Assembly: GCA_963774665.1 (NCBI GenBank)
Contig: CAVZGB010000023.1
Span: forward strand, 76,277-140,276
Direction: 5' to 3'
Source of the DNA: an uncultured delta proteobacterium
Lineage (GTDB): Bacteria; Desulfobacterota; Binatia; Binatales; Binataceae
Length of the DNA stretch: 64,000 nt
Part shown: in pieces, positions 39,687 to 47,988 of the stretch
How positions within the stretch are numbered: position 1 is the first letter of the stretch
Layout of the letters: each line of letters starts with the position of its first letter
Translations under genes and position numbers: made by a program
The notes under the pieces: model-generated
Told to the model about the DNA's origin: nothing
Database searches by the model: none
The model's input: only the letters and a program-made list of their open reading frames with translations

Positions 39687-41334
39687 AGAAAAACTCGACG
39701 TCGTCGGTTGCGGCAGCATGGTCGTCGACCTGTTCTACCGCACGCCGCGGATTATCCGCGCCGACGAAAAAATCCTGCTCCGCGCGCATACCGCCAGCGC
39801 GGCGATCGAACGCACTCAAGTCGGCGGTCTCGTTCTTAATCACCTCGGGTGGGGCCGAATCCTCGGCCTCAAAACCGGCATCTTCGGCAAGATGGGCGAC
39901 GACCGCAACGGCGAGTTTTTGCGCGACGGCATGGATCGCCTCGGGATTCGCCACCACCTGACTTTCGACGGCACCGCGACCGCGTTCGCGACGATCTTCG
40001 TTGACGCCGCCGGCGATCGCGCTATCTACATGGCGCGCGGCGCGACCGGCGAGCTGAGTCCTGCCGAGGTTCGCAATCGTCACGGCGCTTTCATCCGGCG
40101 TGCGAATCTCGTTTCGACTGAAATCTCGCAGCTTCCGCTCCGCACCGTGATCGCGATTCTGCTTTTCGCGCGGACGCATTCCATTCCCACGATTCTCGAC
40201 GTCGACGTGCCGCCCTCCGACGCGATCGGATCGATCGGCACTCGCGCAGAACTCGAGCGCGCATTGAAACTCGCGACCTGGCTCAAGCCCTCGAAGGCGG
40301 CAGCGCGCGAAATTGCCGGCAATGGCCGCGATCCTCTCAAGATTGCCGACGCAATCCGCGCGAAGTACGGAAATCGCGCCGTCATCATCACCGAGGGCGA
40401 CAAGGGATGCTCGATCGCAGCGCGCGATACCTCCGTTCGCGTGCCCGCCTTCAAGGTTAAGCAGGTCGACTCGACCGGCGCCGGCGACGCATTCCTCGCC
40501 GGAGTTTTCGCCGGCCTTCGCCTCGGCCTGCCGTGGGAAAAGATCGGACGCCTCGCAAATGCGGCCGGCGCCGTCGCCGTCACGCGGCTGGGCGCGTTTC
40601 CTTCGGGCTTCGAAGTCCGCGAGGAAATTCTCGATATCTATGCCGAGCCGCTCGCGCTGCCGACGCCGCGCCTCGACGCCGAGCCGCGCGAGGCCGCTAT
40701 CGGCGACTCGACTGGCGAAGTCGAAACGTTTTTCGACCTGGCACTCGCCGAGCTCGCCGCTCTGCGCGGCAGCTTGAACATCGCCGCCATCTCGCGCACC
40801 GTCGAGATAATTCGCACCGCGCTTGGCCGTGGCGGCCGCGTCCACGTGACCGGAGTCGGCAAGCCCGAGCACGTCGCGCGCTACGCCGCCAGCGTGTTCT
40901 GCTCGGTCGGCACACCCGCGACTTTTCTGCACGCGACCGAAACCCTGCACGGCAGCCTCGGCCAGGTGCATCCGCGCGACATCGTCATCGCGATTTCCAA
41001 CAGCGGCAGCACCGACGAATTGCTCTCGACTGCGACCGCCATCCGCGAGCAAGGCGCGCAACTGATCGCAATCACCGGCAACAAGGATTCGAGCCTCGCC
41101 CAACTTGCCGACCTCGTCATCCACGTCCCCGTCCCCAACGAAGGTGGCGGCCTCGGACTCGCCCCGCGCATCAGCGTCCTCGGCGAAGTCTTCGTCCTCG
41201 CAGGACTGTCCGTTGCTCTCGAACTAGCGCACGGCCTGACAGTCGAGGAATACTCCCGATGGCATCGCGCAGGCGCAATCGGCGAAGCCGCCCGCCGCCT
41301 GGCCGAAACCCGCACCTCGAGTCGACGCGCGTAG
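39679..41334 (+). CDS. PfkB carbohydrate kinase fused to a KpsF/GutQ-like SIS isomerase
   Basis: DSTGAGDAF PfkB signature; C-terminal TGVGKPEH, LHGSLG, AISNSGST, GLAP, WHRAG. Confidence 0.9.
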   Translation: MAEEKLDVVGCGSMVVDLFYRTPRIIRADEKILLRAHTASAAIERTQVGGLVLNHLGWGRILGLKTGIFGKMGDDRNGEFLRDGMDRLGIRHHLTFDGTATAFATIFVDAAGDRAIYMARGATGELSPAEVRNRHGAFIRRANLVSTEISQLPLRTVIAILLFARTHSIPTILDVDVPPSDAIGSIGTRAELERALKLATWLKPSKAAAREIAGNGRDPLKIADAIRAKYGNRAVIITEGDKGCSIAARDTSVRVPAFKVKQVDSTGAGDAFLAGVFAGLRLGLPWEKIGRLANAAGAVAVTRLGAFPSGFEVREEILDIYAEPLALPTPRLDAEPREAAIGDSTGEVETFFDLALAELAALRGSLNIAAISRTVEIIRTALGRGGRVHVTGVGKPEHVARYAASVFCSVGTPATFLHATETLHGSLGQVHPRDIVIAISNSGSTDELLSTATAIREQGAQLIAITGNKDSSLAQLADLVIHVPVPNEGGGLGLAPRISVLGEVFVLAGLSVALELAHGLTVEEYSRWHRAGAIGEAARRLAETRTSSRRA

Positions 41335-41354
41335 CACAGCAGGCCGGCGCGGAG

Positions 41355-42164
41355 CTATCTCCGCGATGCGGGTTTGAGCGCGACCGAGGCTTCCGAGGTC
41401 AGCAACAGAAAGGTCATCGATTCCTGCAGGTACAGGCTCACGTTCTTATCGTCGTGGCTCAAATATCCAATCGAGACGTCCTGGCCGAGATGAAGTTCGA
41501 AGTCGCCGCCGCGTGTCGTCAACACGAACGCTCCGGCAATCGCGGGAGCGAAAATGATTTCCTCATTGACCAGCCGCTGGATGTGCTGGATTACGGGATA
41601 GCCGTGATCGCTGGCCTCGCTCAGCGCCGTGTACGCATCGGCGCCCATCACCACCGAATACGGCCCGTTAACGCCGGCGAGGCGCAGCTGGCTGAGCGCT
41701 TCGGCGATCGCGTCGGGATAATGAGCCGGGTCGCTGGGCAGCGCCGCGATTTTGTTGCTGGTCCCTTGCCGAATGCCTTCGATTCCGGCGGCGGCATATC
41801 CTTCGAAGATCGCGCGGTCTTCGGCAAACGCGATTCGCTTCGCCGCATCTTTGAGGGGCTGCCAGTCCGAATCATTTGCGCCGCGATCCACGTCGTCGAT
41901 CGCCTGCCGATCCAGTTGGAATGGAGAACGCAGTTCGACCAGCGCTTTAACCTGACGTTGCCGCGCAATGATACCGTCGCCGGGAGCCGCTAGATCGCTC
42001 AGATGGCCGGTGCCGACCGCGGAAAGCATGAGGCCGCCCGGACCTTTGACATCAACCACACGCCGCCCTGCCAGGTAACGTTTCAGGGTTCGCTGCGCTT
42101 CTTCTTCGATTTGAGCCCACGCGCCATCCGAGATTGGGGCAAGCTCGCGGTGCAGATTATTCAT
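41355..42164 (-). CDS. family 1 encapsulin shell protein (linocin M18-like)
   Basis: MNNLHRELAPIS..AWAQIEEEA..TLKRYLAGRRVVDV; GGDFEL.LGQDVSIGY. Confidence 0.96.
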   Translation of the reverse strand: MNNLHRELAPISDGAWAQIEEEAQRTLKRYLAGRRVVDVKGPGGLMLSAVGTGHLSDLAAPGDGIIARQRQVKALVELRSPFQLDRQAIDDVDRGANDSDWQPLKDAAKRIAFAEDRAIFEGYAAAGIEGIRQGTSNKIAALPSDPAHYPDAIAEALSQLRLAGVNGPYSVVMGADAYTALSEASDHGYPVIQHIQRLVNEEIIFAPAIAGAFVLTTRGGDFELHLGQDVSIGYLSHDDKNVSLYLQESMTFLLLTSEASVALKPASRR

Positions 42165-43254
42165 CGCGCGATTCTCCTTTCAATGAGCCGATACCGAGCG
42201 AGCCATCGATTGCGCGCGGGGCATCTGGCGAAGAGCCGGTCTGACTGGAACCGGGTGCGGGTGCGGACGCAGTCGCCGCGGTGCCGGTGGGGGTGACACT
42301 ATCGAGGAACGAAGCCGGCGGCGCGAAGAACAAACTGCCGGTGACGGCGCGGCTGAAGTCCAGTATTCGATCGTAGTTGCCCGGCGGCAGTCCGACGAAC
42401 ATGTTCTGCAGCATCTGCTCAATCGTGCGCGGCGAGCGCGCATAGCCGATGAAGTAGGTGCCGAACTCGGTCTGTCCCGGCCGGCCGAAGATCCCGTTGG
42501 CGCGGAAGATCTTCTTCTCGACTCCGTCTTCAACGATGGTGGTGAGCGCATTGTGCGCGGAGGTCGGTTTGACGGTGTCGTCCAATTCGATATCCGCAAC
42601 CTTGGTGCGGCCGATGATACGCTCCTGCGCTTCCGTCTGCAGCGCGTTCCATCCCGTCAGATCGTGCAGATACTTCTGAACGATCACGTAACTGCCGCCC
42701 GCGAAGGCCGGATCGTTGTCGCCGACCAGCGCTGCCTCGAGTGCCTCGTTGTCAACCGGGTTCTCGGTGCCGTCCACGAAGCCGAGCAGATCGCGGTTGT
42801 CAAAATAGCGGAAGGCGTGAACTTCGTCTTCGACGGTAATCGAGTCGCCTAGCGCGGACATGATCTGCGTCGCGAGTTCGAAGCATAGATCCGTCCGCTC
42901 GGCGCGGATGTGGAAAAGCACGTCGCCCGGCGTGGATACGGCGTGGCGCGACCCAGCGCTGATTTCGTGGAACGGGTGGAGTTCCGCCGGCCGTGGCTCT
43001 CCGAACAGCCGGTCCCATGCCGCGGAGCCAAAGCTCATCACGCAGGTAAGCTTCGCCGCGGTATCGCGGAACCCAACTGCGCGCAGCAGGTTGGCCAGGT
43101 CGGGGCATAGCGAGCGGACTGCAGTCGCGCTTTCAGGGCGCGGATCAATCGTAACGACCAGGAAGAGCGACGCCGCCGTCGGTCCCATTACGACCGCTTG
43201 CGGGGTGGAAGGTTGCGGGTAGGTCGCGGTCCTGGTCGCGTCGGCGTTAGGCAC
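42157..43254 (-). CDS. dye-decolorising peroxidase with encapsulin cargo-loading peptide
   Basis: GFVDGTEN (GxxDG), proximal SAH, FIGYARSP, low-complexity linker, then DGSLGIGSLKGE; start approximate. Confidence 0.95.
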   Translation of the reverse strand: MPNADATRTATYPQPSTPQAVVMGPTAASLFLVVTIDPRPESATAVRSLCPDLANLLRAVGFRDTAAKLTCVMSFGSAAWDRLFGEPRPAELHPFHEISAGSRHAVSTPGDVLFHIRAERTDLCFELATQIMSALGDSITVEDEVHAFRYFDNRDLLGFVDGTENPVDNEALEAALVGDNDPAFAGGSYVIVQKYLHDLTGWNALQTEAQERIIGRTKVADIELDDTVKPTSAHNALTTIVEDGVEKKIFRANGIFGRPGQTEFGTYFIGYARSPRTIEQMLQNMFVGLPPGNYDRILDFSRAVTGSLFFAPPASFLDSVTPTGTAATASAPAPGSSQTGSSPDAPRAIDGSLGIGSLKGESRDE

Positions 43255-43402
43255 AGCGCAGCATTTGAGCATGATCGCAAGGTTGGAAAAAGCCGATCGT
43301 CACGCCCTCGCACCGTTTAAAATAGGAGAAATCCTGTACTTCCGTACTTGGCCGATCTATGACTGTTAATAAGCTCGGCGATTCCGCCAGGAGGCTTTTA
43401 TC

Positions 43403-44518
43403 ATGCACGTTGGATATGGCGCAGTATTCCAGAATCCCAACAACGCACTTCCCGATGCCGAGGTTTATCGCAACGAGCTGCGCCTCGCCGAGATGGTCGA
43501 GCAGCTTGGCTTCGATTCCATCTGGGGCGTCGAGCATCACTTCGACGACTACACGATGTGCCCCGACGTGCTGCAATTCCTCTCCTACATGGCTGGCCGC
43601 ACCTCGCACATAAAGCTCGGATCTGGCGTGGTCGTGCTGCCGTGGCACGATCCGATCCGCGTGGCAGAGCAGGTCGCGCTGCTCGATCACGTTTCCAACG
43701 GCCGCGTGATTCTCGGCCTCGGACGCGGTCTCGCGCGCATCGAGTACGACGGTTTTCGCCTCGACCAGAACGAAGGCCGCAACTTGTTCGTCGAATACGC
43801 TGAGCTGGTTTTGAACGCGCTCGAAAACGGCTACATGGAAGGCGGCAAATTCACCCGCCAGCCGCGCCGCGAGATCCGTCCGCGCCCTGCGCGCTCGTTC
43901 AAGGGCCGCACTTACGCTGCCGCCGTCTCGCCCGAGTCGATGCCGATAATGGCGAAGCTCGGAGTCGGCCTGCTGGTCATTCCGCAAAAGCCGTGGGATG
44001 CGGTAAAAAAAGACTTCGAGGTTTACCACAAGGTCTGGCGCGAGGTTAACGGTGACCAGCCCGCGCCCAAGCCTCTCTCAGGCGGCTTCTGCGTCGTCGA
44101 CGAAAACAAGGATCGCGCCGAAGAGCTCGCGATGAAATGGATCGCCGCCAACTACCACACCGTCATGAAGCACTACGAGATGACGTCGCCGGAGTTCGGC
44201 ACCAAGAAGAGCTACGAGTTCTACAGCAACGTCAGCAAGTTCATCAAAAAGACCGGACCCGACGTTGCCGCCCGCGACTTCGCGATGCTGATGCCGTGGG
44301 GCACGCCCGACCAGGTGATCGAGAAGTGCGCCTTCGTCCGCGACACGATCGACGCCAACGGTGTGTTTTTCAATTTCAGTTTCGGCGGGATGCCTTACGA
44401 AGATGCGGAGCGCAGCATCAAGTGCTTCGCGAAGTATGTATTGCCCGAACTGAAAAAATGGAACACGGAGCCGCTCAAAGATCCGGCTCCGATCCCATCT
44501 TCAGCCGCCGCCCGCTGA
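43403..44518 (+). CDS. luciferase-like (LLM) flavin-dependent monooxygenase
   Basis: GFDSIWGVEHHF, PWHDPIRVAEQ, GLGRG. Confidence 0.92.
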   Translation: MHVGYGAVFQNPNNALPDAEVYRNELRLAEMVEQLGFDSIWGVEHHFDDYTMCPDVLQFLSYMAGRTSHIKLGSGVVVLPWHDPIRVAEQVALLDHVSNGRVILGLGRGLARIEYDGFRLDQNEGRNLFVEYAELVLNALENGYMEGGKFTRQPRREIRPRPARSFKGRTYAAAVSPESMPIMAKLGVGLLVIPQKPWDAVKKDFEVYHKVWREVNGDQPAPKPLSGGFCVVDENKDRAEELAMKWIAANYHTVMKHYEMTSPEFGTKKSYEFYSNVSKFIKKTGPDVAARDFAMLMPWGTPDQVIEKCAFVRDTIDANGVFFNFSFGGMPYEDAERSIKCFAKYVLPELKKWNTEPLKDPAPIPSSAAAR

Positions 44519-44539
44519 ATCTGCTCCGTCCGCGATTGT

Positions 44540-44574
44540 CCCCCTTCCCACCTGGGAAGGGTCAGGGGTTAGGT
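44540..44574 (+). repeat. REP-like palindrome, family A
   Basis: CCCCCTTCCC-ACCT-GGGAAGGGTCAGGGGTTAGGT. Confidence 0.85.
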
Positions 44575-44641
44575 TTCCGCGTTCCTCAACCATGCGCCGA
44601 CCCTAAACTAGACTTCAAATCTAAACATAGGAGACGGGCCA

Positions 44642-46045
44642 ATGCCGGACGTCGATAAGTACGAAATCCTGGTTCTAGGAAGCGGAGAAGCCGGTAAGTG
44701 GACCGCCTGGACGATGGCCGATGAGGGTCATCGCACTGCCATGGTTGAGCGGAAATGGCTCGGCGGTTCGTGCCCGAACATCGCGTGCCTGCCGAGCAAG
44801 AACGTGATCTATTCCGCGAGAGTGGCATCGCTGGCGCGGCGCGGCGCTGAATTCGGACTGGAAATGGATCAACTCCGAATCAACATGGCCGGCGTTCAGC
44901 AGCGCAAGCGTAAGATGGTCGAAGCGGAACATCAGTTCCACGCCAAGCGTACGGCAGACGCCGGAGTAGAATTGATCATGGGTGAAGGCCGCTTCGTCGC
45001 TCCGAGAACGATTGAAGTCGCGCTCAACGGTGGTGGCACTCGACGGATTGTCGGCGAACGTGTGTTCCTCGACCTGGGTTCGCACTCGACGATGCCCAAT
45101 GTTCCCGGGCTCGCTGCAGTGAATCCAATGACCCATATCGAGGCGCTCGATCTCGATCGTCTACCACGTCATCTCATAGTGATTGGCGGCGGCTATATAG
45201 GGCTTGAACTTGCGCAGGCGGTACGGCGGTTCGGATCGGAGCTGACCGTGATCGAACAAGGCGCGCAGCTCGCCGAGCGGGAAGATCCTGATGTCGGCGC
45301 TGCTCTCCTCGATTTGTTTCACGACGAAGGAATCGAGGTATTGCTCGGCACTCAGGTGTCTCGGGTTGAGGGACATTCAGGCAATGAGGTTCGGGTCTGC
45401 GCAAAAGATGGTCCCGGTGAACGGATCATCGAAGGGACCGATCTTCTCGTGTCCGTCGGTCGGACGCCGAATACGAAAGGAATCGGACTGGAGCAAGTCG
45501 GCGTCGAGCTCGACGAGCGTGGCTATATCAAGGTCAACGACCGCCTCGAGACGACCGCATCCAACGTGTGGGCGATGGGCGATTGCGCCGGCAGTCCGCA
45601 ATTCACACACGTCGCGTACCACGACTTCCGCGTCGTGCGTGATAACTTGAAGGGCGGCAATCGAACCACGAAGAATCGCCTGGTGCCGTTCTGCATGTTC
45701 ACCGATCCGGAACTGGCGCGTGTCGGCCGCAACGAGATCGAGGCGAAGCGCGACAAAATCGAATATCGCGTTGCGAAACTGCCGATGGCGAATGTGCTCC
45801 GCACCCACACGATCGCCGAACCGCGTGGCTTCATGAAAATGCTGATCGGTGCGAGCAGCGACGAAATCCTGGGGTTTACCGCGTTTGGTGTCGAAGCAAG
45901 TGAACTGATGGCCGCCGTCCAGACCGCGATGTTAGCTCGAATGCCTTACACGCTGTTGCGCGACGCGATCTTCAGCCATCCCACAATCTCGGAAGGACTC
46001 GTGTTTCTCTTATCGCAGGTCTCGCCTGCAGGTGGTGCACGCTAG
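44642..46045 (+). CDS. pyridine nucleotide-disulfide oxidoreductase (RclA/YkgC, mercuric-reductase-like)
   Basis: GSGEAG, CPNIAC redox disulfide, GGGYIGLE, GDC, HPTISE; no C-terminal Cys pair. Confidence 0.9.
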   Translation: MPDVDKYEILVLGSGEAGKWTAWTMADEGHRTAMVERKWLGGSCPNIACLPSKNVIYSARVASLARRGAEFGLEMDQLRINMAGVQQRKRKMVEAEHQFHAKRTADAGVELIMGEGRFVAPRTIEVALNGGGTRRIVGERVFLDLGSHSTMPNVPGLAAVNPMTHIEALDLDRLPRHLIVIGGGYIGLELAQAVRRFGSELTVIEQGAQLAEREDPDVGAALLDLFHDEGIEVLLGTQVSRVEGHSGNEVRVCAKDGPGERIIEGTDLLVSVGRTPNTKGIGLEQVGVELDERGYIKVNDRLETTASNVWAMGDCAGSPQFTHVAYHDFRVVRDNLKGGNRTTKNRLVPFCMFTDPELARVGRNEIEAKRDKIEYRVAKLPMANVLRTHTIAEPRGFMKMLIGASSDEILGFTAFGVEASELMAAVQTAMLARMPYTLLRDAIFSHPTISEGLVFLLSQVSPAGGAR

Positions 46046-46190
46046 GCGCCGGGCTTTTCACTATCGTGCGCATGTCCGATCGCGTTCCGCAGCTTGCGAT
46101 CGAGCTTGGCGCAGTTGAGCACGACCTTCTCCGAATGCACCGCTTCGACAGCGCTGATCGGCACGGTGAAGTCGCCCGCATTTTCGACCA
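46042..46190 (-). pseudogene. 3' fragment of a small conserved hypothetical gene
   Basis: reads VENAGDFTVPISAVEAVHSEKVVLNCAKLDRKLRNAIGHAHDSEKPGA-stop and is cut exactly at the repeat junction 46188. Confidence 0.55.
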
Positions 46191-46351
46191 ACGGTGTGTT
46201 TTTCAATTTCAGTTTCGGCGGGATGCCCTACGAGGACGCGGAACGCAGCATCAAGTGTTTCGCGAAGTACGTGCTGCCCGAGCTGAAGAAGTGGAACACC
46301 GAGCCACTGATCGATCCTGCGCCGATTCCGTCATCAGCCGCCGCACGCTGA
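46188..46351 (+). pseudogene. displaced duplicate of the 3' end of the LLM gene
   Basis: direct repeat of 44355-44518; first 40 bp identical, then 20 synonymous and 1 non-synonymous codon differences. Confidence 0.92.
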
Positions 46352-46375
46352 CCCGTCTGCAATTCCGCGATTGTG

Positions 46376-46410
46376 CCCCTTCCCTCGAGGGAAGGGGTTA
46401 GGGGTTAGGT
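46376..46410 (+). repeat. REP-like palindrome, family A
   Basis: CCCCTTCCC-TCGA-GGGAAGGGGTTAGGGGTTAGGT. Confidence 0.85.
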
Positions 46411-46496
46411 TTCTGATTTCCACAACTGTGCCTTGCGCCTAAGCTGTCCCTCATCTGGCACGACCGCCGAAGTTCAGAGATCGCTGGAGGACTTGG

Positions 46497-47388
46497 ATGA
46501 CGACTCCCGACCAAACGATTCCCGTCACTCATCACCGCACGACCAAGGTCGATGGCGTGAACATCTTCTACCGCGAAGCCGGCCCGATGGACGCACCGGT
46601 CGTCTTGCTCCTGCACGGCTTCCCGACGTCGTCGCACATGTTCCGCAACCTGATTCCCGAGACTGGCGGATCTTTATCACGTGATCGCGCCCGACTATCC
46701 GGGATACGGCCAGAGCGACATGCCGGACCACACAAAGTTCGCCTACACCTTCGACCGCTTCGGCGAATTGGTTGACGGCCTTCTCGACCAGCTAAAGATC
46801 ACGCGCTATGCGATGTACGTCATGGACTACGGCGCTCCCGTCGGATGGCGGCTTGCACTGAAGCATCCCGATCGCGTGTCCGGACTCATCGTGCAGAACG
46901 GCAATGCCTACGAAGAAGGACTGAAAGAGTTCTGGGATCCGATCAAGGCATATTGGAGCGATCATTCCGAGGTTCATCGCAAAGCACTGAACGTGCTCGT
47001 CACTCCCGACATCACAAAGTTCCAGTACATTGACGGCGTCGCCGACGTAAGCCGCATCGCTCCCGATAACTGGGTTCACGATCAGGCCCTGCTCGATCGC
47101 CCGGGCAATCTCGACATCCAGATGGATCTCTTTTACGACTACCGGACCAACCTTCCGCTTTATCCCGCCGTCCAGGCCTGGCTCCGCGAGCGCAAACCGC
47201 CGACGCTGATCGTATGGGGCAAGAACGACAAGATCTTCCCTGCCGACGGCGCGCATCCGTACAAGCGAGACCTGCCCGACGTCGAGTTTCATCTGATCGA
47301 CACCGGCCACTTCGCGCTCGAGGACAAGGCCGATGAAATGGTCCCGCTGATCCGCGATTTCCTGAAACGAAAGATCGCGCGGCAGTAA
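46497..47388 (+). CDS. alpha/beta hydrolase, epoxide hydrolase/haloalkane dehalogenase-like (frameshift near 46660)
   Basis: LLHGFPTSS, APDYPGYG, nucleophile motif MDYGAPVG, DTGHFALE. Confidence 0.88.
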
Positions 47389-47400
47389 CGAAGGAGCACA

Positions 47401-47897
47401 ATGAACTTCGACAAGAACGACACGGCGGTCGTCTTCATCGATCCTCAAAATGAAGTGCTGAGTGAGAAAGGCCTGGCGTGGCCGCTGGTCCACGAGAGCC
47501 TCAAGGAAAACAACACGATCGAGAACATGGAGCGCATCTTCAAGGCTGCGAAGGCGCACGGCTTCGAGGTCTTCATATCGCCGCACTACTTCTATCCAAT
47601 TGACAAGGGATGGAAATTCAACGGGCCGCTCGAAACCGATGAAGCCGTGAACGGCTACTTCGCTCGGAAGGGTCTGTATACAGCCGACGGGCTTGAAGGC
47701 TCGGGCGCGGACTGGTTAAGTCGCTTCAAGCCTTACATCAACGATGGCAAGACCGTCGTCGTCGCGCCGCATCGCGTCTGGGGACCGTAGATCACGAGCT
47801 CGGGCTCCGGCTTCGCAAACGCCGGAGCGACAAGATCATCCTGGGCGGGATGCTGGCGAACATGTGCGCCGAATCTCACCTGCGCGAACTGCTGGAG
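47401..47897 (+). pseudogene. truncated isochorismatase/cysteine hydrolase
   Basis: FIDPQNE, premature stop at 47790, continuation GGMLANMCAESHLRELLE cut at the 47898 repeat boundary. Confidence 0.82.
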
Positions 47898-47920
47898 GTT
47901 GAGCATTTTATCTGACAGCG

Positions 47921-47963
47921 AAAAAGTTACGGGGAGGTAAATCCATCAAGGATTCACCTCCCC
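47921..47963 (-). terminator. putative terminator of 47989..49614 (duplicated at about 49724-49766)
   Basis: GGGGAGGTGAATCC...GGATTTACCTCCCC stem followed by GTAAC-TTTTT on the minus strand. Confidence 0.55.
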
Positions 47964-47988
47964 AGCGCATAACGATTAACTCGATCTT

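Noticed and set aside
41355-42164. prophage capsid gene
   Set aside because: It is a family 1 encapsulin with its DyP cargo, and no phage genes are nearby
44642-46045. mercuric reductase merA
   Set aside because: Lacks the C-terminal Cys-Cys pair and the NmerA domain, and no mer genes are nearby
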